Assembly (NCBI GenBank): GCA_017442185.1
Contig: JAFSAT010000046.1
Coordinates: forward strand, 9,405-73,404
From: Bacteroidaceae bacterium
Lineage (GTDB): Bacteria; Bacteroidota; Bacteroidia; Bacteroidales; Bacteroidaceae
DNA: 64,000 nt
Direction of reading: 5' to 3'
Positions 43,866 to 52,739 of this stretch are shown in pieces (position 1 is the stretch's first letter; the number at the start of each line of letters is the position of its first letter). Position numbers and translations under genes: made by a program. The notes beneath the pieces are model-generated. The model saw only the letters and a list, made by a program, of their open reading frames with translations. It was not told the DNA's origin and made no database searches.

Positions 43866-44972
43866 ATGAAGAAGTGGATAGACGAATTCAAGATAAAACG
43901 CCTCGACAGGTACATTATAGCAAAGTTCCTTGGAACATACTTCTTTGCGATAGCCCTTATCATAGCCATTATAGTAGTGTTCGACTATAACGAAAATATA
44001 GATAAATTCGCAACATCAAACGCACCCCTTAAGGCTATTATATTCGACTATTACCTGAACTACGTGCCGCACCTAGCAAATATGTTCAGCGCTCTGTTTG
44101 TGTTTATTGCAGTGATATACTTTACATCAAAATTAGCAGAAACATCAGAAATAATAGCAATGTTTGCAGCAGGTGTAAGTTTCAAAAGACTGCTACGCCC
44201 TTATATGATATCGGCAGCCATAATTGCAGTAATGACATATATATTAGGTGCCTACATAATACCAAACGGCAATAAGACACGAATGGAATTTGAAGTAAAA
44301 CACAAAAGGCGCGATGTAGTGGAATCGGCCGGAAACATACAGTTGCAAGTTAACGACAGCACCGTAGCCTACTTCGACCGCTACGACAGCCGTACACGCA
44401 CCGGATATCGCTTCTCACTCGACAAATTCCGAGACAAGAAATTAGTGTCTCACATGACAGCACGCACAATAACATACCATCCCGAGGAAAAACACAAATG
44501 GACGGTAAAAAACTGGATGATACGTGAGCTTGGCGATGACAAAGAGGTAATCCGCTCCAACACACGCACTCCGCTCGACACAATAATAAAAATAGAACCC
44601 GGAGATTTCCTTATTTCAGAGGGACAGCAAGAGACAATGACCAGCCCTCAACTGAGCGACTACATCGACAAACAAAAAGCAAGAGGAATAGCCAACATAA
44701 AAGGTTTTGAAATAGAATATCACAAGCGCATAGCAATGTCATTCGCAGCCTTTATACTGACAATAATAGGAGCATCCCTGTCATCAAAAAAGACAAAAGG
44801 AGGTATGGGACTGTCATTGGGTATCGGTCTTGGTCTCAGCTTCTCATACATACTCTTTCAAGCAATCTCCTCGGCCTTTGCCGAACAAATGCCTGTGGTT
44901 ATTGCAGTGTGGCTTCCGAACATAGTATACAGCTTTATTGCAATATATCTTTACAAAAAGGCGCCCAAATAG
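43866..44972 (+). CDS. LptF/LptG-family LPS export permease
   Basis: 368 aa. The N-terminus KRLDRYIIAKFLGTYFFAIALI is typical of YjgP/YjgQ. It has six TM helices with a periplasmic beta-jellyroll insert. Confidence 0.85.
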   Translation: MKKWIDEFKIKRLDRYIIAKFLGTYFFAIALIIAIIVVFDYNENIDKFATSNAPLKAIIFDYYLNYVPHLANMFSALFVFIAVIYFTSKLAETSEIIAMFAAGVSFKRLLRPYMISAAIIAVMTYILGAYIIPNGNKTRMEFEVKHKRRDVVESAGNIQLQVNDSTVAYFDRYDSRTRTGYRFSLDKFRDKKLVSHMTARTITYHPEEKHKWTVKNWMIRELGDDKEVIRSNTRTPLDTIIKIEPGDFLISEGQQETMTSPQLSDYIDKQKARGIANIKGFEIEYHKRIAMSFAAFILTIIGASLSSKKTKGGMGLSLGIGLGLSFSYILFQAISSAFAEQMPVVIAVWLPNIVYSFIAIYLYKKAPK

Positions 44973-44991
44973 AAAAAGCAAAAAACAAAAT

Positions 44992-46377
44992 ATGTATTTT
45001 ACCGATTTTGACTTTGAAGATGAGATACTCGACGCACTCGACGCCATGCGCTTCGAGACTTGCACCCCTATACAAGAACAGACAATACAACCACTGTTGG
45101 ATGGACGCGACCTTATAGGTGTTGCTCAAACCGGAACCGGAAAAACAGCGGCCTACCTGCTTCCGGTATTAAACAAGCTGTGTCGCGGAGGCTATCCCGA
45201 AGATGCAATAAACTGCATAATAATGGCACCCACACGCGAACTTGCACAGCAGATTGACCGTCAGCTCGAGGGATTCACCTACTTTATGTCTGTATCGAGC
45301 GTGGCTGTGTATGGAGGAAACGATGGCATGCGTTACGAACAAGAACTGCGTGGAATGTCGCGCGGAGCAGATATAATAGTAGCAACCCCCGGACGTCTGA
45401 TAAGTCACATAAATTTGGGAAACATAAATCTGTCGCGCGTATCATTTTTCATACTCGATGAGGCCGACCGCATGCTCGACATGGGATTTTACAACGATAT
45501 AATGACAATTGCCAAGCAACTGCCCACAAAAAAACAGACTATGCTGTTTTCGGCAACAATGCCGCAAGAGATACGACGTTTGGCATCAAACCTGCTTACA
45601 AATCCCGTACATATCACACTATCATTGGCTAAACCCGCCGATGGCATAAAGCAACAGGCCTACGTATGTTACGAACCACAAAAGACAGGCATAATAAAGG
45701 AACTTTTTGCCAATGAAAAGCCCGAGCGCGTTATACTATTCACATCCCGTAAGAATAAAGTAAAAGACATCTCCATTGCACTTAAAAAACGTGGCTACAA
45801 TGTTGGCGAAATGCACAGCAACCTCACACAAAGCGAACGCGACGATATAATGTATCGCTTCAAGAGCAGACAGATTGATATTGTGGTGGCAACAGACATT
45901 CTTGCACGAGGTATCGACATTGACGACATTCGCCTTGTAATAAACTTTGACGTTCCACGTGATTGCGACGACTATATACACAGAGTAGGAAGAACAGCGC
46001 GTGCCGGCAGCGAAGGACGCGCAGTCACACTAATCTCAGTGGAAGACCAACATTATTTTAAACGTATCGAAGATTTTATGGAACAAACAGTCGAAAAACT
46101 GCCTGTTCCCATAGAATTTGGCGAAGCACCCGAATATAATCCCGGCAGCCGCGAAAAAGCCTCATCTAAAGAAAACAGTGGAAACAAAACAAAACGCCGC
46201 CGCAGCAACAGCAAACAACATCCCAAAAAAAGAAACAGCAAAAAGCCTGCATCCGATACAAGCACCAACAACAGCATTGCCAAAAACAGCAATGCCGCAC
46301 AATCTCATAAAAACAGCCGTAACCACCGTCGCAACAGACAACGCAATAAAAGCAGTGATAGTGGCAAACAGAAATAA
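44992..46377 (+). CDS. DEAD-box ATP-dependent RNA helicase with a basic low-complexity C-terminal tail
   Basis: Q-motif region FEDEILDALDAMRFETCTPIQ, then AQTGTGKT, DEAD (ILDEADRML), SAT and HRVGRTARAG. I moved the start to MYFTDFDF. Confidence 0.92.
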   Translation: MYFTDFDFEDEILDALDAMRFETCTPIQEQTIQPLLDGRDLIGVAQTGTGKTAAYLLPVLNKLCRGGYPEDAINCIIMAPTRELAQQIDRQLEGFTYFMSVSSVAVYGGNDGMRYEQELRGMSRGADIIVATPGRLISHINLGNINLSRVSFFILDEADRMLDMGFYNDIMTIAKQLPTKKQTMLFSATMPQEIRRLASNLLTNPVHITLSLAKPADGIKQQAYVCYEPQKTGIIKELFANEKPERVILFTSRKNKVKDISIALKKRGYNVGEMHSNLTQSERDDIMYRFKSRQIDIVVATDILARGIDIDDIRLVINFDVPRDCDDYIHRVGRTARAGSEGRAVTLISVEDQHYFKRIEDFMEQTVEKLPVPIEFGEAPEYNPGSREKASSKENSGNKTKRRRSNSKQHPKKRNSKKPASDTSTNNSIAKNSNAAQSHKNSRNHRRNRQRNKSSDSGKQK

Positions 46378-46486
46378 ACAATCACCCCTACCATTCAAAT
46401 ACCGCAATACGACATTAATACGTATTAAGAAACTTCACAATCCGTACTATGTATCAATCTGAAATTCTGCAAGAAACAGAGGAACG

Positions 46487-47683
46487 ATGAAAATAATCCA
46501 CACAAGCGATTGGCATTTGGGACATATACTATACAAATACTCCCGCGAAGAGGAACAATCGGATATGCTGAATCAGATGGTAGAGCTTGTCAAGAACCAC
46601 AAACCCGACGCTTTTCTTATTTCGGGAGATGTCTATGACACAATGCAACCATCGGCAAGCGTGCAACGCATGTTCACCGACGCTCTTGTGAAAATACACG
46701 AAGCACACCCCCGGATGCACATAATATGCATTGCCGGCAACCACGACAGCGGCAGCCGACACATGATATTCCACACCCCATGGAAAGCACTTAACGTGCA
46801 CATGGTAGGAAGCATCTCAAAAGAGAGCAACATTGAGGAATATATCTTCAGAATAGAAGACAAGGGATATATTGCCGCAGTGCCTTTTGTTGCCGACAGA
46901 TTTATGCCAAAAGACCTGTATACAGATATATACGACACAATAGCCAAGGAGAACAAGCAACAGCTGCCGGTGTTTCTTATGGCTCATCTGGCTGTTGCAA
47001 ACAGCGACTTTCGCGGTCACGAAATGTCGTCGTCCGAGAATATCGGAGGGCTGAATTGTCAAGAAGCAGATACATTCGGAGATGGATATGACTATGTCGC
47101 ACTCGGACATATACACAAACAGCAGAAGCTCGACAGCGATGGACACATCTGTTACAGCGGAACCCCCATAGCCATAAGTTTCGACGAAGTATACAGCGGC
47201 AACAAGCACGGTGTAATGCTTGTAGAGTGCAACGGGCATAAGAGCGAGGTCGCCTCTACCCTGCTACCTATAAGAAACATAAGGCCTCTTATTAATATTC
47301 CACACAATGGGCACACCGATTGGGAGGATGCAAAGAAAAAACTGTGTGAATTTTGCAACGACACAGACAACATACCTGCATACATACGACTGAATGTAGA
47401 GGTAGACGACTATCTCCCTACGGGAGCCATAAACGAAATAAACCACATAATACAAGGACGAGCCTGCCGATTCTGTCTGATAAATTCAAAAAGAAAAGAG
47501 CACACGTCAAACACAAAAACAAAAACTTTCACCCCATCCGAATTTAAAACACTCGACGTAACCGAAGTGGCACAAATGTGGATTGAGGCAAAAGGATATA
47601 CATTCGACAGTCGGATGAAGGAGATTATTGAGGAGGTAAAACAAGACCTTAAGATGAATCCCGACAAAGAACAGCATCAATGA
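46487..47683 (+). CDS. sbcD: Exonuclease SbcD (Mre11-family nuclease)
   Basis: 398 aa. Calcineurin-like phosphoesterase motifs HTSDWHLG, SGDVYD, GNHDS and GHIH. Confidence 0.9.
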   Translation: MKIIHTSDWHLGHILYKYSREEEQSDMLNQMVELVKNHKPDAFLISGDVYDTMQPSASVQRMFTDALVKIHEAHPRMHIICIAGNHDSGSRHMIFHTPWKALNVHMVGSISKESNIEEYIFRIEDKGYIAAVPFVADRFMPKDLYTDIYDTIAKENKQQLPVFLMAHLAVANSDFRGHEMSSSENIGGLNCQEADTFGDGYDYVALGHIHKQQKLDSDGHICYSGTPIAISFDEVYSGNKHGVMLVECNGHKSEVASTLLPIRNIRPLINIPHNGHTDWEDAKKKLCEFCNDTDNIPAYIRLNVEVDDYLPTGAINEINHIIQGRACRFCLINSKRKEHTSNTKTKTFTPSEFKTLDVTEVAQMWIEAKGYTFDSRMKEIIEEVKQDLKMNPDKEQHQ

Positions 47684-50600
47684 AAATAAAGAGACTTCAC
47701 ATATACAACATTGCCTCAATTGAAAATGAGACAATAGATTTCACACAAGAGCCACTATGCAGTGCCGACGTTTTTCTGATAACAGGAAATACGGGTGCCG
47801 GAAAAACCACCATATTGGATGCAATATGTTTGGCACTATATAGAACCACTCCGCGCCTTGCCCGAAACGAGAGTAACAGAGTGGCAAACAACAATGACAA
47901 TCTGGCACTTAACGACCCTCGACAATTGATGCGACGCAACACCGGAGAGGCCTTTGTGATACTTACGTTTGAGGGTATAGACGGACACTGCTACCAAGCT
48001 GAATGGCATGTGCAACGTGGCAAAAAGATGAAAGCCAACGTAAGTCTCGACCCCGCCACATGGACACTGAAAGATATTACCACAGGAAAAATATATATGG
48101 CACGCGGCGAAAAAGACGCCGAGGTTAAAGAGGCTATATTGAACGCTGTCGGCCTTGAATTCAACCAATTCTGCCGCACCACAATGTTGGCACAAGGTGA
48201 ATTTACCAAATTCCTGAAAAGCAACGAGAAAGAAAAAACCGAAATACTCGAAAAGATAACACGCTTCACAAACTACACGCAAATAGGTCGAAGAGTCTAC
48301 GAAATTACGTTGGAGAAGAAAAGGCTGCTCGACGAAGCTGTAAAAAAAGCCGGCGACACAGGTTTAAGTGACGAAGAGTCTTACGCTATCAACAACGAAA
48401 TTTCAAATCTCAACAAAGAAATAGAAGAGAATATAACAAAGAAAAACAGCCTTGTAGAACAGCAACAGTGGCTTTTAGCCACAATAAAACTGAACGAAGA
48501 AAGAAACAAAGCAAAAGAGGCACACACAAAAGCCGCAGAAACTGCGTCAAGCGAGCAATACAAAGAACAAGAAAAAACCATAAAGCAGTGGCAGGAGACA
48601 ACCAACGCCCGCAACCATCTCAAAGAATCAGAGGAAACGGCTCACACAATAGCAAGGTTGGAGAAGTGCAGAAAAGAGTATGCAACCACATTCAAACAGA
48701 TTCTTGCCGGAACATCGTTTATCCGAGAAGCACATGCATATAATAAATCACAGATTGCCCACATCGACGAATACCTCGAAAGAAATGCTAAAAAAGAGAT
48801 TATCTTTGAACAAGCCGAAGGTATTGCCGTAAACCTGCAAAGGATAGCAGAATGTCGCAAAGAGATACTGAATCTTAAAGAGAAGATTGACACAAACATA
48901 AACACTCTACAAGAAGAACTGATTCCCCGGCAAAAAATCTGCGAGAAAGCATTGACCGAAGCAAAAGAACATCATACAGAAACAGAAAAACTTATTCAAA
49001 AGAACGAAGAGCTCTTAGAGGAGATATCTTTGAAACAACTGCGCGAAGAGAACGATAAAAACAGAGCCGCGCTTACCAACATTTCACACGCAAAAGAGTG
49101 CTTGGAGACGCTGCACACTGCACAAAAAAACAGACAAACAAGAGAGAGACTTTTGGCAGAGAGCATATTATCGGCCAACAAAAAAATCATCGAAGCCGAT
49201 AATATGGAAAAAAACATTTGCGAAGCAAAGGGCCGAGCAGATGCTTGCACAACTATCCTCGAGAAACAAAGAGAAACGGTAGACGAATGGGCAAAACAAA
49301 TTCGCCGGAACCTGAAAACGGGTGACACATGCCCTGTGTGTCAACAAAAGATAACAGATGAGATTCCACACGAAGAGGTTCTCGACAAACTGTTTGCAAC
49401 AGCAAAAGAGAACCTTGTAACAGCCAAAAACAGCTACGATGCAATGGTTGAAAGGCAACGTCTGCTGCGTGCCGAAGCTTCTGCCGCCAAAGAAGCAAAC
49501 AGGCGGGAACAGAAAAGCCTCGAAACAGATACCTCGTTGCAAGAGTACACTGCACGTGCAAAAGCAGCATGCACACGCTGCGGTTTGAACGATATTTCCG
49601 ACAACTGCACAATGCTCCTCGAACAGTTATGGAAACAATGCAATGACAAGATAGAGGCTGTAAGACTTAAAATTGACGCCGGCGAAGATATTGAGAAAAA
49701 AATAAAAGAAGAACGCAAAAATCTCGAAAAGATAAGAGAGCACATCGACAATATTCTGCTGCACGAATATGAAAAGAGCAAGGATGCTGTAACAAACTGC
49801 AAAAAAGAGATAGAAATATCACGCTCCATAATAAAAGCAAAAACTGCCGAAGAGGATAAAATCACAAAAGAATTGAATCTTCTCATAAACAACGAACTTT
49901 GGAACAACGCCCCCATAGAATATGCCATAAAATTAAAATCGGCAACAAAAGAATACAACAGTTTCAAACAAAAGAAAAGTATATTAGAAAACAGAGATAA
50001 GGAGTTGTCATCAACCATGACACAAGCAGACAGAGGTATATCACAGATTCTGAGCATAATGCCCGAATGGTCAGAAACAGAGACACCCTGTGCTGTGGAG
50101 ATTGATAATCTTACAGTAAAGCTCAGCACCCTCATCGCCGATATATGCAACAACATGCAGATGCAAAAAGAGGCCGAGCGCAAAGCTGATGCTGCCGATA
50201 AAAAACTTAATGAATTCCTATGCGAACATCCCGAGCTTGATGTTGCGCGAATTAAAGAACTAAACAGCATTACCTACGAAGAGATAAGCATCATGGATAC
50301 AGCCTGTCGCGAAGTAAAAAAGAATATTCAAGAGCTGAATGCCCTGCTGCAAAATATCGAAAGCAGAATAAGCAGACATTTTGAAACAAAACCACAGATA
50401 AACGACAACGACACTGTATCATCACTAACCATAAACATAGATATTATAGATGCTGAAATTGGCATACAAAATCAGAAATTGGGTGCCAAAAAGCAGATAT
50501 TGCAGGATGATGCCGCAAAAAAATCAAACGTGGCAATACTCAGAGAAAAAGCCGAGAAAGCACGCAAGGAGTATGACGAATGGCAGAATATAAACATGCA

Positions 50601-51075
50601 CATAGGCGATGCCACCGGTATAAAATTTCAGAAGATTGCACAAAGCTACATTCTTGGAGGATTATTAAAATCGGCAAATGTATACTTAGAAAGACTTGCA
50701 CCCAGATATACGCTCCGAGAAGTTCCCGGCACGCTGCACATATCGCTTGAGGATGCTTATCAAGGCTTTGCCACTCGCAGCACCGACTCGCTGAGCGGAG
50801 GAGAGAGTTTCCTTGTGTCGTTGGCTCTTGCACTTGCCCTTGCCGATATTGGCGAAAATCTCTCGGTGGACACACTCTTCATAGACGAGGGCTTCGGGTC
50901 GTTGAGCGGTGCTCACCTCACCAATGCCATCAGCATACTGCGCTCGCTACACAGCCACAGTGGACGACACGTGGGAGTGATAAGCCACGTCGAAGAGGTT
51001 AAGGCTAATATTCCGATACAGATTCAGGTACACGACGAGGGAAACAGTTCGAGCAGCATAAGAGTGGTTCCCTAA
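47680..51075 (+). CDS. sbcC: Exonuclease SbcC (Rad50-family SMC-like ATPase)
   Basis: 1131 aa. Walker A GNTGAGKTT. Long coiled coil with a CPVCQQ zinc hook. Signature LSGGESF. Walker B LFIDEGFG. The ATGA overlaps sbcD. Confidence 0.9.
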   Translation: MKIKRLHIYNIASIENETIDFTQEPLCSADVFLITGNTGAGKTTILDAICLALYRTTPRLARNESNRVANNNDNLALNDPRQLMRRNTGEAFVILTFEGIDGHCYQAEWHVQRGKKMKANVSLDPATWTLKDITTGKIYMARGEKDAEVKEAILNAVGLEFNQFCRTTMLAQGEFTKFLKSNEKEKTEILEKITRFTNYTQIGRRVYEITLEKKRLLDEAVKKAGDTGLSDEESYAINNEISNLNKEIEENITKKNSLVEQQQWLLATIKLNEERNKAKEAHTKAAETASSEQYKEQEKTIKQWQETTNARNHLKESEETAHTIARLEKCRKEYATTFKQILAGTSFIREAHAYNKSQIAHIDEYLERNAKKEIIFEQAEGIAVNLQRIAECRKEILNLKEKIDTNINTLQEELIPRQKICEKALTEAKEHHTETEKLIQKNEELLEEISLKQLREENDKNRAALTNISHAKECLETLHTAQKNRQTRERLLAESILSANKKIIEADNMEKNICEAKGRADACTTILEKQRETVDEWAKQIRRNLKTGDTCPVCQQKITDEIPHEEVLDKLFATAKENLVTAKNSYDAMVERQRLLRAEASAAKEANRREQKSLETDTSLQEYTARAKAACTRCGLNDISDNCTMLLEQLWKQCNDKIEAVRLKIDAGEDIEKKIKEERKNLEKIREHIDNILLHEYEKSKDAVTNCKKEIEISRSIIKAKTAEEDKITKELNLLINNELWNNAPIEYAIKLKSATKEYNSFKQKKSILENRDKELSSTMTQADRGISQILSIMPEWSETETPCAVEIDNLTVKLSTLIADICNNMQMQKEAERKADAADKKLNEFLCEHPELDVARIKELNSITYEEISIMDTACREVKKNIQELNALLQNIESRISRHFETKPQINDNDTVSSLTINIDIIDAEIGIQNQKLGAKKQILQDDAAKKSNVAILREKAEKARKEYDEWQNINMHIGDATGIKFQKIAQSYILGGLLKSANVYLERLAPRYTLREVPGTLHISLEDAYQGFATRSTDSLSGGESFLVSLALALALADIGENLSVDTLFIDEGFGSLSGAHLTNAISILRSLHSHSGRHVGVISHVEEVKANIPIQIQVHDEGNSSSSIRVVP

Positions 51076-51095
51076 CCGCAGAAGCCGCACCGACG

Positions 51096-51779
51096 TCATC
51101 CCACCCCAAGGTCTCTATTATCTGCAAGCACCTCTATTTTATCATCATTTTTTATTGTAGGATATACCTCTGACATAAACCATCTTGCCAATTCATCGTC
51201 ACGTTTAACCAGGGTATTATTATTACAAAACAGATTGATGCTGAAATACTCAAAATAGCGTTTGGCCGTCTCAATATCCTTAAGAATACGCTCTTGTGTA
51301 TCACCCTGCGTGCAACAAAGCAGACATACACCGTTAAAATAGCGTGCAACATCTTCGGGTGTCACATCGTGGGGAATGCCTTTGTTCCAGACTGCACGCA
51401 ATGTCGAAGAAAAACTCTCTATGCCGCAGCGAAACTTCACAGAAACAGGAGCAAAAAGGGATGCAAATTCCTCCAAGCGATGGCGATACATATAGTGAGC
51501 CTCAAACCAAAGAGTGTGAATGTTTTTCTGCTGTGCAATATTGCGCAAGCACTCCAAAGTGCGACCATCAAGCTCCATCGCCGAGCCGGAATTTATAACA
51601 TCAAGCACTCCATAATGCCCTGTCACACGTTCCAACACTTTTATGTTAACATCATAAGGATTCTCGGAAACATCGGCATGATAGTCGCAAAATGCGCATC
51701 TACGCCACTTGCAGCCGCAACCTTGCAGCAACACCAATTCACGCGGCATCTTGGAATGAATAAGCGAATATCTATCCAT
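51096..51779 (-). CDS. Small radical-SAM-like protein (non-canonical Cys cluster), candidate 7-deazaguanine salvage enzyme
   Basis: 227 aa. N-terminal LLQGCGCKWRRCAFCDY has Cys21/23/28/31, which gives Cx4Cx2C rather than Cx3Cx2C. There is an 8-nt overlap (ATGGATAG) with the upstream yhhQ-like gene. The function is inferred. Confidence 0.65.
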   Translation of the reverse strand: MDRYSLIHSKMPRELVLLQGCGCKWRRCAFCDYHADVSENPYDVNIKVLERVTGHYGVLDVINSGSAMELDGRTLECLRNIAQQKNIHTLWFEAHYMYRHRLEEFASLFAPVSVKFRCGIESFSSTLRAVWNKGIPHDVTPEDVARYFNGVCLLCCTQGDTQERILKDIETAKRYFEYFSINLFCNNNTLVKRDDELARWFMSEVYPTIKNDDKIEVLADNRDLGVG

Positions 51780-52455
51780 TATGACGATTTTCTAAAATAT
51801 AACGCTTCAACCAAAGAATAGCTGCATAAGCCATGGGAGTACCAAAAAACACCTCTATTGAAAGTTTCATGCAATATTGGAAAACTATCATCAGCAAAAG
51901 GTCGCGCAACGTGACAACACCTGCAAAAGCAATTATCACAAACGGCAATGTATCGAAAAGATAACCCACCGCCGAACTTCCAATGGTTCTTACCCACAAG
52001 AAGCGTCCGCGTGTGCGCACCTTTATCATCTCCATTAATTTGGCATTTGATAGCTCTCCAAGCAAAAAACCCATCAAAGAGGCAATCACTATGCGCGGAA
52101 CGTATGTAAATACTGTGTTATAAGAAGCTGCGGTTGCATCCAAATAATCGAGCGAGGGGAGCCAAACACCTATTTGCGTACACAGCACCAGGATTATATT
52201 GCAAACAAAAGTCAACCATATAATCTTTCGCGCTGTACTGTAGCCCCAAACTTCTGTTATTACATCGCCTAACATATAGGCGAAAGGAAATGTTACAGTT
52301 CCTGCATCAAAATTAAATAAACCGAAAAAACTTATGACTTTTACCGCCATGACATTTGAAACAAGATAAAGAGTCACAAACAGAGCGGTAACAACAATAA
52401 GTGGCATATCGCCACTGTCTCGGTTTTTTAAAGGGTTGTCCGATACCTTATCCAT
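51772..52455 (-). CDS. yhhQ: Queuosine-precursor transporter (YhhQ/VUT, DUF165 family)
   Basis: 227 aa and polytopic. The block VTFPFAYMLGDVITEVWGY and the overall hydrophobic pattern match the YhhQ family as I know it. Confidence 0.85.
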   Translation of the reverse strand: MDKVSDNPLKNRDSGDMPLIVVTALFVTLYLVSNVMAVKVISFFGLFNFDAGTVTFPFAYMLGDVITEVWGYSTARKIIWLTFVCNIILVLCTQIGVWLPSLDYLDATAASYNTVFTYVPRIVIASLMGFLLGELSNAKLMEMIKVRTRGRFLWVRTIGSSAVGYLFDTLPFVIIAFAGVVTLRDLLLMIVFQYCMKLSIEVFFGTPMAYAAILWLKRYILENRHNG

Positions 52456-52516
52456 ACTTTAAATTTTAGTTACTTTACAGACTGCTCTCCATAAAGTATA
52501 TTATTTAATTTGGGGG

Positions 52517-52524
52517 CAAAGATA
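52517..52524 (-). promoter_or_regulatory. -7 box (TATCTTTG on the minus strand) for the yhhQ operon
   Basis: Exact TAnnTTTG 62 nt upstream of the yhhQ ATG. Confidence 0.4.
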
Positions 52525-52739
52525 CAATCTATTTTCTACATTTTTTATACATTTGCAATATATTATCGGATAAAAAGCAGTTTATACTTATATCATTCAG
52601 CTATTTAATAAAAAGGTACATACTATATTGTTATTTTTCAGCTGCGTACCAAAGGTTATACAACATAAACAAGAAAAAGTACGAGAGAAACAGATATTTG
52701 AATAAAAGAACAAAATTACAACCTATATATGTTATTAAT

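Noticed and set aside
46487-51075. sbcD/sbcC considered as a possible SMC/Rad50-type anti-phage system (Wadjet/Lamassu/Gabija-like).
   Set aside because: The two-gene Mre11/Rad50 architecture is canonical, with all standard motifs (phosphoesterase motifs, Walker A/B, CPVC zinc hook). There are no extra effector or kleisin-like genes. This fits housekeeping SbcCD.
52456-52516. Possible preQ1 riboswitch in the yhhQ 5' leader.
   Set aside because: The minus-strand leader (…GGAGAGCAGTCTGTAAAGTAACTAAAATTTAAAGT-ATG) has an A-rich tail. I could not fold the required P1 stem/pseudoknot or find the conserved preQ1-I or preQ1-II core. An Infernal scan is needed to be sure.
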